64,000 nucleotides of DNA, from positions 1 to 64,000 of the IMG/VR virus record IMGVR_UViG_3300031774_000005; one strand, 5' to 3'. The stretch comes from a virus. The notes under the pieces were generated by a model. It ran no database searches. It was not told the DNA's origin and saw nothing but the letters and a program-made list of their open reading frames with translations. A program made the translations under genes and the position numbers. Positions 47,468 through 57,070 of the stretch are shown one piece after another (within the stretch, counting starts at the first letter, position 1; every line of letters starts with the position of its first letter).

Positions 47468-48348
47468 TCCTCCAAACTTCTTTGTATTGTTCCCGTTCTT
47501 ATTGATGTTAAATCCCATGCCATCGCACTAAAAATAGGCTCGGCCTTCTTTACTACTTGTTCGGCATAGTGCTTGAGGTCGGGATTACAACCCTCAAACT
47601 CCTTCGCAGTTGTGCATGATACATACTCAACTACTTTTCTTTCCTTTGTTAAAGGGTGAATATAATACTCACTATTGTTTAATACTTTCATAAAGATATA
47701 TGAATCATCAAATTCAGTATCTTTACTCCAAGCATAAATAACTCCTGCGATACCCGAACCTATTGTCGGTTTTTTACCTTCAAGAGTTGTGAATTTCTTT
47801 GTATGTGTAGCGCATTTACTACATACAGAATGCTCTAATTCTAAACATTCTTTTAGATGATATTTAGCATTACAATCCGGACATTTAACCATGAGCCTAT
47901 TAGTTCTTAATCTACTTCTTTTAATAAGAGGCGTTAGTCCTAACTTTCCATCTAAAACATCGGCATACTTAGAGTAAAGAAATTGCACTATTTCTGCTTG
48001 TGACTTTTGATTTACCCACATTTTCAATACATCTGTTTGAACTTCTTTAGCCAACTTAGTTTCACTAACTCTTTTGGCAGTAAATCCGGTCATGCTGAAT
48101 TTAGGCTCATCAAGCCATTCTCCATCTTCCCAAGACACCAAACCCGCATTTCTATTTCTAACAGTTCCGACACCTAATGCTGAAAAATACTTTTCAAACT
48201 CTAATACTACGGGGTGTTCATCTAATCCCATTACATTTGGAAAGTGTTCTCTTACGCTTTCTTCTATCTCCTTGATAGCCGTCTGCGCTTTTTCAACAGA
48301 ATCTATTTGAACATAAATAGAATCAGTATGTCCATAAACTACTTTCAT
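47458..48348 (-). CDS. polB: Family B DNA polymerase, C-terminal subunit
   Basis: Starts MKVVYGHTDSIYV (motif C); LEFEK; Zn finger CPDC/CSKC; PIP box QRSLEEWF. Confidence 0.9.
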   Translation of the reverse strand: MKVVYGHTDSIYVQIDSVEKAQTAIKEIEESVREHFPNVMGLDEHPVVLEFEKYFSALGVGTVRNRNAGLVSWEDGEWLDEPKFSMTGFTAKRVSETKLAKEVQTDVLKMWVNQKSQAEIVQFLYSKYADVLDGKLGLTPLIKRSRLRTNRLMVKCPDCNAKYHLKECLELEHSVCSKCATHTKKFTTLEGKKPTIGSGIAGVIYAWSKDTEFDDSYIFMKVLNNSEYYIHPLTKERKVVEYVSCTTAKEFEGCNPDLKHYAEQVVKKAEPIFSAMAWDLTSIRTGTIQRSLEEWF

Positions 48349-48554
48349 TATTTCATACCCACCCTTGTTGGTGCATTTATCTTATTAATAACATAAAAGT
48401 CTCTATTTTCTCCAAGATATTCTTGCATTTCGCATACTGCTCGTTCTAACTTAGCAGTATTTATTTCAAATAATACATCTAAGTCTTTTTGTAAGCCCTT
48501 GATTGTCTTTTTTAATCCTTCTATTTCTTTTTGTAATTTATCTATATCATTCAT
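48348..48554 (-). CDS. Small coiled-coil protein
   Basis: 68-aa ORF coupled to polB-C. Confidence 0.6.
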   Translation of the reverse strand: MNDIDKLQKEIEGLKKTIKGLQKDLDVLFEINTAKLERAVCEMQEYLGENRDFYVINKINAPTRVGMK

Positions 48555-48682
48555 ACTATCACCGTCATAATTGTTATAATGGTCGCTATGTTCACGATAT
48601 TTACCATCATTAATATCTTATTTGATTTTGCTATCATAGCCAGCAATTCTTCTAATAATTCATTTGTTTTGTCCATCATCAT
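48551..48682 (-). CDS. 43-aa tail-anchored membrane microprotein (not in ORF track)
   Basis: MMMDKTNELLEELLAMIAKSNKILMMVNIVNIATIITIMTVIV. Confidence 0.55.
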   Translation of the reverse strand: MMMDKTNELLEELLAMIAKSNKILMMVNIVNIATIITIMTVIV

Positions 48683-48833
48683 TTTTATTCGCTCCTTGCT
48701 CAATATCAATAATGACCGCATTACGCTTTAAATTATTCATCATTTGAAATATCTCCTTTACTTCTTTTAAAGTAATATCCCATGTTTCTTCGGTATCATA
48801 CGATACCTTTACACTTACAATTTTAGTTCTCAT
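48660..48833 (-). CDS. Hypothetical protein
   Basis: GGAGG RBS before MRTKIV. Confidence 0.6.
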   Translation of the reverse strand: MRTKIVSVKVSYDTEETWDITLKEVKEIFQMMNNLKRNAVIIDIEQGANKNDDGQNK

Positions 48834-49050
48834 GTTTAATCCTCCTGTAAATCTTTCTTCCTTTAGATGTTTTAATAGGCTCAACATATTTTTGTCTATT
48901 CAAATACCAACCAATAGCGGCATTATCACAAACAAATGTTGTTCCTCTTGTTTCAATTAGTTTTTCTTTTATTGACATAGCGAAAAATTCTTCGCCAATA
49001 TCAAGGGATAAAACTAATTCATCTATCCATCTTTTAATGTGTGTGTTCAT
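48823..49050 (-). CDS. Small wHTH-like protein
   Basis: 75 aa; helices then a terminal hairpin (GRKIYRRI). Confidence 0.5.
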   Translation of the reverse strand: MNTHIKRWIDELVLSLDIGEEFFAMSIKEKLIETRGTTFVCDNAAIGWYLNRQKYVEPIKTSKGRKIYRRIKHEN

Positions 49051-49054
49051 ATTA

Positions 49055-49177
49055 TCATCTCTTATCTATTAAATCCAAGAACTTTTCAGCCTCAATTCTT
49101 GCTTCTTCGGCACATCTTTTACAATGGTATTTGCCTTCAAATTCCGGCCTACATCTTAGTGGTGTTTTACATTTCAT
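49055..49177 (-). CDS. 40-aa Cys-rich microprotein (not in ORF track)
   Basis: MKCKTPLRCRPEFEGKYHCKRC...; ATGA overlap. Confidence 0.55.
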   Translation of the reverse strand: MKCKTPLRCRPEFEGKYHCKRCAEEARIEAEKFLDLIDKR

Positions 49178-49611
49178 ACTTCTAACTCCTTATTTTTATT
49201 TTGTGCGTATTTTAGTGCTTGGATTTGAGAACTAAAAAACTTAAACAAACCATTTTGCCGAGTTCTTTTACCGCACTTTTCACAAGGCGATGATTGAAAA
49301 ATACCATTTTTTAATTTATGTTCACCATGCTTAGTGGACATAATATTATATTGACCGCAACCTTCTTTTGGTGTTCTACCAGCAGGTTTTAACTTATTAT
49401 CTTCTAATTGAACAGGGCATTTCCAAACCACCCAATTTCTTGAATGAATAGGAGATTGTTTTATTTCTTTCTCTAAAATATGGGAATGCCCTTCTCTAAC
49501 TTCTTTATATTTTAAAAGAACGAGGGCTTCTTTTTCTGTAAAACTTAATGCTTCACTCATGGGTAATAAGTCCTTAATTAAAATATAAGTCCTTAAAGTT
49601 ATACCACTCAT
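49174..49611 (-). CDS. Zn-binding hypothetical protein
   Basis: WKCP..GCG..PCEKCG. Confidence 0.6.
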   Translation of the reverse strand: MSGITLRTYILIKDLLPMSEALSFTEKEALVLLKYKEVREGHSHILEKEIKQSPIHSRNWVVWKCPVQLEDNKLKPAGRTPKEGCGQYNIMSTKHGEHKLKNGIFQSSPCEKCGKRTRQNGLFKFFSSQIQALKYAQNKNKELEV

Positions 49612-51263
49612 ATTTCCATCTCCTTCGCCTTAAATGCGGCTAATCTAATAGCCTCTCTTGCACTTGCCGTTATAGAAGCCGCTAAATTAACATTAGCCCA
49701 ACCAAATCCTTGAAAGGCAATAATTCCGTAAAATGAAGCCATTAAACGCTTTACTGCCATTTGATTATTATGCCATTTTTGATACTCGCCACTATCATTA
49801 GAGGCTTTCATTCTTTTCTTATAGTCATTTCTTAACTCTTTTAATTCTAATACTGCTCTTGGTAATAGTCCTAATTCATCTGTTTTAAAATACAACATAT
49901 GTTTCTTTTCAACGGGGCTAAAATCTCTTGGTGTTAGAATATTAACTGCAAATTCTGTTGGTTCTTCACTAATGGTTTCCCAAGATATATTTCTTGCTAT
50001 CATCATTGAAGGATATAGACCTGCAAAATCAAAAGCCGCAACATTAAGATGTAATCCTTGAGTTTGTTCACTTAAAGGGTCATATATCATAGCCCCTTCA
50101 TAAGTTTCTCTTTTCTCTACTTTACTTCCTGTCTTGCATTTCCACCAAGCATTTCTCATAAAGTAAATAGAACCCATGTGAGAAGCGTAGAAACAAGCAT
50201 CAAATGGTGCTTTTAGTAATCTTTGTAGTGATAATATTGCTTCACTACAATAGTTTGATTCATCTATCTCGACTATCAACTTTACATCTTGTATAGCATA
50301 GTCAAGATAAGTTTGAGTATCTTCTAACCAAGCCCTGCGATAAAATTCATTTGTATCGGGAAACTTCTCCGAGACAAGTTTCTTCTTGTTTAGAACTGTT
50401 TCACCAATATAATCAAGAGACAAAGAAGGTAATGTTCCTCTTTGTGAATCATTCCATTGTCTTTCAAATGCTAAATCTAAAGATAAAGTAATTCTTCCAT
50501 TAATAGGTTGTTCAATAGGGCTAAAACCCTTTTCACCATATGCAAAGGAAAAACTATCTTTCTTTTTCTTTATACCTTTAATGTGTCCTGTTGGCGACAT
50601 TATTTGTGGATTAAGACCAAGAGCGCAGGTTCTTTCTAATAACTTAGGTATATCTGCAAAATGACCGAACCATGCAATTAACATATCGGGGTCTTTTACA
50701 ACCATTGTTGTCATAAAGTTTTCAAGCATGTCTTTTTCATTAGTGAATATTTTAGCATTCCCAAGAGGATAAGTGTGCATAATTTTACGCATTGCCTTTT
50801 CAGGAAACCATACCCATTGATGATACTTCTCTTCATAATTATCATACACTACAATAGTAGTAATACAATCGTGATATTCTCCGCCTTGTTGCCATTCCAT
50901 ATCCCAATACCATTTACGCATTTTATACTCCGGCATTTCTTTTACTTCATCAACTGCATATCTAAAGTGAAAAGGCACATCAGCCTCATAGGTTTTCTTG
51001 AACATATCTTTAGCCTTTCTAATATCAAAAGAAGTATCAACTACAACTTTCTTTAACGGCTCATTATCAATATTAACCCAATCACCACGAATATACTCAA
51101 AGTCTCTATCAATATACTTTGATGCCTTATACTTGGAAGGTTCTTTCTCATCTTCTTTAACATAAAAATAAGGTTTAACTTCCACCATTTCAAACTTCTT
51201 TTCACCGTTCTCTCTCCAAGATTTATAGATTCTTTTACCATCATTCATCTTACTTATTATCAT
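49608..51263 (-). CDS. polB: Family B DNA polymerase, N-terminal subunit (exonuclease, motifs A and B)
   Basis: YEADV, WDME (ExoI), YAIQD (ExoIII), FDFAGLYPS, KRLMASFYG. Confidence 0.92.
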   Translation of the reverse strand: MIISKMNDGKRIYKSWRENGEKKFEMVEVKPYFYVKEDEKEPSKYKASKYIDRDFEYIRGDWVNIDNEPLKKVVVDTSFDIRKAKDMFKKTYEADVPFHFRYAVDEVKEMPEYKMRKWYWDMEWQQGGEYHDCITTIVVYDNYEEKYHQWVWFPEKAMRKIMHTYPLGNAKIFTNEKDMLENFMTTMVVKDPDMLIAWFGHFADIPKLLERTCALGLNPQIMSPTGHIKGIKKKKDSFSFAYGEKGFSPIEQPINGRITLSLDLAFERQWNDSQRGTLPSLSLDYIGETVLNKKKLVSEKFPDTNEFYRRAWLEDTQTYLDYAIQDVKLIVEIDESNYCSEAILSLQRLLKAPFDACFYASHMGSIYFMRNAWWKCKTGSKVEKRETYEGAMIYDPLSEQTQGLHLNVAAFDFAGLYPSMMIARNISWETISEEPTEFAVNILTPRDFSPVEKKHMLYFKTDELGLLPRAVLELKELRNDYKKRMKASNDSGEYQKWHNNQMAVKRLMASFYGIIAFQGFGWANVNLAASITASAREAIRLAAFKAKEMEI

Positions 51264-51269
51264 TAATAT

Positions 51270-52043
51270 TCACGCACCTATATGTGGTGCTTTCAATAGT
51301 ATTCTATCATTAGCCACTATCAAAAGCGGAAATTCATCTTTCATGTATATGTTTAACATTTGGTCTTTCTCAAAGAAAGCATAAAGAGGGCTACTAAATT
51401 CAATAGTTGCCCCTTCATTTGGATTAGTAATAAACAACGGAGTTAGCGTTTCTTCATACTTGTTAGTAATGCTTTGTCTTGTTGAAAGTGTTATTGTTTC
51501 ATTCTTATCTAACTTGTATATGCCACTCTTAACCAATTCACATGCTTTAAGTGCATTCTGTAATTGTGCGTGTGTAATAGTAAATGCAGTTTCAAATTGT
51601 CCTTTGCCGAAAGTCCATAGTCTATTCGGATTTACTTCATATCTAACATGACTTAGCATTCCCTTAATTCTTGTTAATGGTTGAATTTGAGGGTGATTGA
51701 CAACTAAAGGTATTGAAGCCTTCTTTGAATCACCACTTGTAATGGTAATAAAATCACCAACTGAAAATGTTATCTCATTAGAAAATGATTTCAAATAAGG
51801 AAGAACATTTGCGCTATCAAGACAGCAAATGCCTTCTTCGGATTCACCTTCTAATGGAATAGTTAGTGATACAAAGAAAGTTTGGTTTCCATTCCAAATA
51901 CTCAAATTATTATCTTTAACTTCTAAAAGAGCGTATGTTCCAAGATTGGTATTACCAAATCCATTATTAGTTGTTCCCTTTCCTTTAACTTGGACACTCT
52001 CTAATCCGTTCTTTAGTTCATTTGTTTCTATTGTAAATTTCAA
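51270..52043 (-). CDS. Sliding clamp (PCNA-like)
   Basis: ~257 aa with a two-fold clamp-like strand/helix pattern; upstream of polB; PIP boxes and RFC are present. Confidence 0.65.
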   Translation of the reverse strand: MKFTIETNELKNGLESVQVKGKGTTNNGFGNTNLGTYALLEVKDNNLSIWNGNQTFFVSLTIPLEGESEEGICCLDSANVLPYLKSFSNEITFSVGDFITITSGDSKKASIPLVVNHPQIQPLTRIKGMLSHVRYEVNPNRLWTFGKGQFETAFTITHAQLQNALKACELVKSGIYKLDKNETITLSTRQSITNKYEETLTPLFITNPNEGATIEFSSPLYAFFEKDQMLNIYMKDEFPLLIVANDRILLKAPHIGA

Positions 52044-52861
52044 ATCAATCCCTCTCGCAATTCGGGAATACCTGTCCAAGAAACTTTACCTGTTCCGACA
52101 GTTAATGATTCCCAAGTTTTACCGACAAGTGCAGTATTGGTTTTACTACTTAGTAATTCAGCCTTATACACTACATCGTTTTTCTTGCGAGTTCTTCTTG
52201 TTGAAATAATTTGGAACATATAATCTCCCCAATTGTGCCAATTAGGTTTAGAACCAATTACTTCTCCTGTTGCTCCATAATCTGCTTTAGCATGAGTAAT
52301 GTAGATTTGGTCGCAATCTAAATTCTTACACATCATCAATAGAGAATAAAATGGTGCATTTCTTTTGCCCCATTCAAACTTCATCTTTTGTGGTTTGCCG
52401 ATTTTAGAACTTCCGGTCACATTTAATGTGCAACAGTCAAGCCACTTATCTACTCCATCAAATACAAACAAAACATCTTCTCCTTCTGCTATTTTAGACT
52501 TAACGAATAAAACAAAATCTTCGGAATTTGCTTCCGACTTTTGAATATCTAATTCGCCATTTTCATTTCTTACTTCGGGATTCCACAAAGTAATTCTTTC
52601 AGTCATCTCATGGTTTTGTCTCCATGTAGGTTCGCAACCATTATCCCAATCTAAAACATAAATTTGTTTATTAGGGAAATCAAGGGCTAATCCACTTTTG
52701 ACTGTTTTGGGTTCTCCCCAAATACCACAAACTAAACGATTACTTCTTGCTAATCTACCTTCTGTTTGTTTCTTTAATTTATCCTGAAATGCGACAACTC
52801 TTTGGTTCTCTATCATTTCATTCGCTACTGCCGGTTGTTTATTCTTACTTGTTAAACTCAT
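52040..52861 (-). CDS. RecA-superfamily (AAA_24/Sak4-like) ATPase
   Basis: GEPKTVKS, VLDWD, FVFDG, IYITH. Confidence 0.7.
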   Translation of the reverse strand: MSLTSKNKQPAVANEMIENQRVVAFQDKLKKQTEGRLARSNRLVCGIWGEPKTVKSGLALDFPNKQIYVLDWDNGCEPTWRQNHEMTERITLWNPEVRNENGELDIQKSEANSEDFVLFVKSKIAEGEDVLFVFDGVDKWLDCCTLNVTGSSKIGKPQKMKFEWGKRNAPFYSLLMMCKNLDCDQIYITHAKADYGATGEVIGSKPNWHNWGDYMFQIISTRRTRKKNDVVYKAELLSSKTNTALVGKTWESLTVGTGKVSWTGIPELREGLI

Positions 52862-52865
52862 TATA

Positions 52866-53123
52866 TCACCATTCCTCTATTATATCTTCATCTTCTATAT
52901 TTATTTTCTTTCCATTAAGTTTAGACCATGTTTCCAATACTGTTTTTAAATCTTCAATATTATTACAAACATATCTTGCTTCTTTAGTTCCAATATGGAA
53001 CTTAGCCCAATAGGTATTTTCTTTCTTGTCATTTTCTTTCCAAGTAATAAAATCTACTTTAGACAAGTCAATCATATAACTATTGGTCTTTATTAAATAC
53101 TTATCTTCTTTTAGTTCATTCAT
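52866..53123 (-). CDS. Small hypothetical protein
   Basis: 85 aa; IDLSKVDFITW. Confidence 0.65.
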   Translation of the reverse strand: MNELKEDKYLIKTNSYMIDLSKVDFITWKENDKKENTYWAKFHIGTKEARYVCNNIEDLKTVLETWSKLNGKKINIEDEDIIEEW

Positions 53124-53340
53124 AGGTAAATCCCCCTACTCCTAACCAATCACGAACATAAGAATCTAAAAACCTTTCAAGGTCTTCAAGTTCTAAATAT
53201 TGGATTATTGTTCCTGCGCTTGAATACACTTTCAATTCCATACCTAACACTCCATTTGAGTTCCATGAAATGTGTTGGATTTTATCGTAGTGAATAAACG
53301 CTCTATCTGTTTTTAGTGCATTTTTAAAAATTCTTATCAT
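53116..53340 (-). CDS. Small hypothetical protein, possible paralogue of its neighbour
   Basis: 74 aa; IHYDKIQHISW. Confidence 0.6.
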   Translation of the reverse strand: MIRIFKNALKTDRAFIHYDKIQHISWNSNGVLGMELKVYSSAGTIIQYLELEDLERFLDSYVRDWLGVGGFTYE

Positions 53341-53356
53341 AATAATTTCTCCTTAA

Positions 53357-53377
53357 ATATAGGCTTCGCACCTATAT
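53357..53377. other. Intergenic inverted repeat downstream of the SSB gene
   Basis: ATATAGG-CTTCGCA-CCTATAT. Confidence 0.5.
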
Positions 53378-53421
53378 GACCGTCATTAACGCCAACGACT
53401 ACACAATGATTGAATAATCAA

Positions 53422-54645
53422 TCAAAACCAATCAAAGTTATCCTCAACGGGTTGGGAAACTTCAACGGCTGAACCATGCTTTAGGGTGCAATAAATACCC
53501 GAAGCATTAATTGTTGTTGGTTCAACTCCTTCATCGGTTGTTCTTTGGCTTGTTCGGCCAACAATAATAACTGATGATTGAATACCGAAATCAATATTCA
53601 AATGTGGGGGAATCCAACAAGTGACAATTCCCGAACCATCGGAATAATCCAATTCATAATCAATATCTGTTATATTGATAATTCTATTACCGTTCTTTGT
53701 TGGAGTCATATTCATATTAGTGACTGTTCCATCTGTAATTACAAATCTTTCTTTAGAAGGTAATTCCTGTCTTTGAATATGCGCTCTATCTAATTCCATA
53801 AGTGGAGTTAGATGAGAACCAAAGTTATTTCTTAGACAATCTTCAAAGTCAAAGTTAGACATATCCCTAAATAATTCATTGTCCGGACTCATTTCACTAT
53901 TTAATGAAAGGCTATTGAATGTTAAATCTTTAGCCCCATAAATATCTGTTCCTGCATCATTAGCAACACAAAGGAAATGCACCCATTCAAATGTATTAGG
54001 TGCAAAATCTACTCCGCCTTGATTCTTATAAGAAAAGAAATAAGGTTTCATTTCACTTGTTCCAACAGAACCATAAAATATACCGCTTCTTCTCATTTGT
54101 TGTGGTGGTAGTGGTTTTCCGTATTGTGCATTCTTTCCGCCATTCATATAAACGGGCGTGTTATCTAAAGGAACATAATATCGGCCATCTTCTGTTTCTT
54201 CTGCTCCCGCAGGTAGAGATGAAATGGTTTTTTCTTCATATTCTCCATGTTGATAACGGGAAATAACCCACTTACCTAAAGCGTTTTCATTTGCTATTGC
54301 TACAATTCCTTTTTCAAGGGCATTATCAGCATCACGCATAAACTCTTCTTTTGCTTTCATTCTGTTCCACGCCATCATATCTCTTGGTTCTTCTAAAGCA
54401 ACAAAGAATCCAAATGCTGCCTTGTAAAAAGAATCATTACTGTTGTTATTGTTATTATTTGAATCTCCCTCTTGGGTTCTTCTAACATTCGCAACATAGT
54501 TTCTCCATACACCTTTAGCAATTGGGGCGGTTGTTTCAATTCCGTTTTCTTCGCAAACTTCAACGAATTTTGCTAACGCTTCTTCTTCGCTCAAACCAAT
54601 ATATTGTGCGCTTTTAATCACTTCTGCTTTCATATCTTCATTCAT
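53422..54645 (-). CDS. OB-fold ssDNA-binding protein (RPA-like)
   Basis: C-terminal OB-like strands (GTVTNM..IINITD..VIIVGRT); acidic aromatic tail EDNFDWF. Confidence 0.65.
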   Translation of the reverse strand: MNEDMKAEVIKSAQYIGLSEEEALAKFVEVCEENGIETTAPIAKGVWRNYVANVRRTQEGDSNNNNNNSNDSFYKAAFGFFVALEEPRDMMAWNRMKAKEEFMRDADNALEKGIVAIANENALGKWVISRYQHGEYEEKTISSLPAGAEETEDGRYYVPLDNTPVYMNGGKNAQYGKPLPPQQMRRSGIFYGSVGTSEMKPYFFSYKNQGGVDFAPNTFEWVHFLCVANDAGTDIYGAKDLTFNSLSLNSEMSPDNELFRDMSNFDFEDCLRNNFGSHLTPLMELDRAHIQRQELPSKERFVITDGTVTNMNMTPTKNGNRIINITDIDYELDYSDGSGIVTCWIPPHLNIDFGIQSSVIIVGRTSQRTTDEGVEPTTINASGIYCTLKHGSAVEVSQPVEDNFDWF

Positions 54646-54695
54646 ATTTTTCACTTTCCTATTTTTTGTTTTTTTGTTTTTGTTTTTGTTCAATT

Positions 54696-55604
54696 CTATG
54701 ATAGTTGGCCAATTAACCATGAGGCTAATACTTTAGGAGTCATAGTGGTTGAACGCCATTCACTTTCTCCTATCGTTCTAAGGACTTTAAATTTCAAATT
54801 GCTATCTAATTCAGCAATTAATACTGCGTCATGCAAGCCAATACAAATTTCACGGATAGTATATCCATCGTAAAGTAAGTTATGTATTGCCTGTAAAGAA
54901 TCTGCCTGTTTATCAATTATTTTCATTAGTATTTTGCTATATTCATCTAAACTGTTATCCACCTGTGCCTTGAGGGAAGAATCACTTGCTTTTGCGGCCT
55001 GTAATTCTGTAATCGCCCTCCGCATATCACCGTTCATAGCATATATAAAGGAGTTCAAATCATTGGTTTCAAAACGAGTTATACCTTCTTTTTGAAGAAT
55101 TGATTGTATTACTTCCAATAATGATTCATTACTCAATGGCTTAAAATGATAGTTGGCACATCTACTTTGTAATGCAAAGATAATCTTATTTCTATCATTA
55201 CAAGTAATAATAAATCTTATATTACTTGAATATCTTTCCATAATTCTTTTCAATGCATTTTGAGCATCATTAGTCATTCCATCCATTTCATCTAATAATA
55301 CGATTCTAAATGGTGCATCACCTATTGTTGCACTTTGAGCAATATTCTTTATTGTTGTTCTTACTGTTTCTAATCTTCTATCATCGGAAGCATTTACTTC
55401 TATATAATTATCAATAAAAGATTCACCAAGTATTTCTTTGGCTAATACTAAAGAAGCACTTGTTTTCCCATTTCCCGGATTTCCATGAATTAAAACATTA
55501 GGCATGTTTCTTTCTTCTATCCATGTTTTAGCGTCTAAACTAAAGTGTTCTTGTCCTATTAAGTCATTTAACTTATTTGGCCTGTATTTTTCTGTCCATA
55601 ACAT
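54696..55604 (-). CDS. rfcS: Replication factor C small subunit (clamp loader)
   Basis: WTEKYRP, GNPGNGKT, NASD, LDEMD, LQSRC, GDMR. Confidence 0.93.
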   Translation of the reverse strand: MLWTEKYRPNKLNDLIGQEHFSLDAKTWIEERNMPNVLIHGNPGNGKTSASLVLAKEILGESFIDNYIEVNASDDRRLETVRTTIKNIAQSATIGDAPFRIVLLDEMDGMTNDAQNALKRIMERYSSNIRFIITCNDRNKIIFALQSRCANYHFKPLSNESLLEVIQSILQKEGITRFETNDLNSFIYAMNGDMRRAITELQAAKASDSSLKAQVDNSLDEYSKILMKIIDKQADSLQAIHNLLYDGYTIREICIGLHDAVLIAELDSNLKFKVLRTIGESEWRSTTMTPKVLASWLIGQLS

Positions 55605-55833
55605 TTTTATTCCTCCATATATTAACATCTTTTATTTTACATTTTCCAATCTTTTCAAATCTTTTATTTCTAAGTAGTTGTGCAATTTGATTTGAGGTAA
55701 ATGAATATGACCTATTGGAAGAACTGCGCTTCCTTGAATTTTCTTTATTTAATTCATCCATTATCTGCCTACAAGTCATTTCTTTATCTTGTAAAACAGA
55801 TTCTATTCTATAAATTAATTTTCTTGTTTTCAT
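55573..55833 (-). CDS. Small wHTH-like protein
   Basis: MTCRQIMDEL..TSNQIAQLLR pattern. Confidence 0.55.
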   Translation of the reverse strand: MKTRKLIYRIESVLQDKEMTCRQIMDELNKENSRKRSSSNRSYSFTSNQIAQLLRNKRFEKIGKCKIKDVNIWRNKNVMDRKIQAK

Positions 55834-56672
55834 AAATAGTCCTCCAAAGAGGTTTGTTTTGCTCTTATCGGGTCTGTCTTTTTTCTTTTTCTTTTTTCAC
55901 CTAAACCTAAAAGACGACATTCCCCGTTGTTTAGTTTCTTTTTGAATTGTGAAACAACTATTTCATCCTTACAAAGTTGCTTTAATAATCTTGGATTTCT
56001 TACTCCAAGCCTTCTTGCTAACTTAGGTAATACCGAATACTTTCTTCTTTTAGGCATATTTAATCTATCAAAAGAACCGCCTTCATGTGCATAGGCTAAC
56101 ATTTGATAAAAATAGTCTTGACTCCATCTTCTCTTTACTACACCATCAACAAAGATTAATCTATGCGGGTGCATATTTTCACTTAACCAAGATACTATTT
56201 GAGTGTCCGGAGGTTTGTTATAAACTAATAACTTAGCAACTAAATCTCTATCTCTCTCCTTCAGGTAGCCCCTTACGAGGGAATAGGTATCTCTTTCAAA
56301 AGAAAACGGTTTTTCTGAATTAGGGGCAATTGATTTAATTGACTCTTCAAGAAAGTTATAAGAACCTGCCCGTTTTATACGACACATATCTTTTATTTCT
56401 TTGGGAACGGATTTCTCATTAATAGAAGTTAATACAATTTGTCCTCTATAATTCCTTAAAATAAATAGAATTGCTTGTTTATCAGGTTTATAGTGAACAT
56501 CTTCTATGATAATACCATTTTCCATAGGAAAAGAACCTACATCAATATTAATATCATTAGCAAAAACAATCATTGGTTCTTTTACTAATGTTAATGCTTG
56601 AGTTGATTTTCCTGTTCCTATTTTGCCTGTTATTAAAATTGCTCTATTTTGATTCATTGTTGTTAATCCCAT
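55830..56672 (-). CDS. Reduced RFC large subunit-like ATPase
   Basis: GKIGTGKS, IIEDV; C-terminal PIP box KQTSLEDYL. Confidence 0.65.
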   Translation of the reverse strand: MGLTTMNQNRAILITGKIGTGKSTQALTLVKEPMIVFANDINIDVGSFPMENGIIIEDVHYKPDKQAILFILRNYRGQIVLTSINEKSVPKEIKDMCRIKRAGSYNFLEESIKSIAPNSEKPFSFERDTYSLVRGYLKERDRDLVAKLLVYNKPPDTQIVSWLSENMHPHRLIFVDGVVKRRWSQDYFYQMLAYAHEGGSFDRLNMPKRRKYSVLPKLARRLGVRNPRLLKQLCKDEIVVSQFKKKLNNGECRLLGLGEKRKRKKTDPIRAKQTSLEDYL

Positions 56673-57070
56673 TAAATTACCCCTTTTAATTCTAATAATT
56701 TATCTAATCCTTTTTGTGTCAAATGTTCTTTGTTCACCAACATTTTAACTACCGTATCAACCGTAGTCCACTCTCCTTGACGACTTTCTAAATTGTCGGG
56801 AATGTTATTTATTACTTTCTCAAGATTCCTTATCCCGCTAATATACATTATTGGTTTTGGTCTTGAAGAGGATTCTTCGTTGTGATAAGAAGAATATACT
56901 CCCCAATGCAACAAAGACCGTTGCACACCATGTAGAAACTTAGCCTTTCCTCTTATGGCCAAACCTATTATTGGTTTGTAGCCAATCTTTAATTCATCTG
57001 TTCTAATAATCTTGAACTGAACTTTTGCACATGATAATAAAATTCCTACTAACATATCTTTACTAAACAT
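56672..57070 (-). CDS. Degenerate LAGLIDADG-fold protein
   Basis: IGYKP..ISG..NL..HLTQKGLDKLLELK; LAGLIDADG helix lacks the acidic residue. Confidence 0.6.
   Translation of the reverse strand: MFSKDMLVGILLSCAKVQFKIIRTDELKIGYKPIIGLAIRGKAKFLHGVQRSLLHWGVYSSYHNEESSSRPKPIMYISGIRNLEKVINNIPDNLESRQGEWTTVDTVVKMLVNKEHLTQKGLDKLLELKGVI

Noticed and set aside
48349-49607. Intron or split intein joining the polB halves
   Set aside because: No intein terminal motifs; the gap is filled with coupled small ORFs and the C-part has its own RBS
53341-53421. Possible tRNA or ncRNA in the intergenic gap
   Set aside because: Only short hairpins; no cloverleaf or T-loop consensus
54650-54695. T-rich (TTTTTG)n stretch and the extended N-terminus of ORF 53422..54720
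   Set aside because: Low-complexity A-rich leader on the coding strand; the real start is likely ATG 54645 after a GGAAAGTGA RBS-like motif
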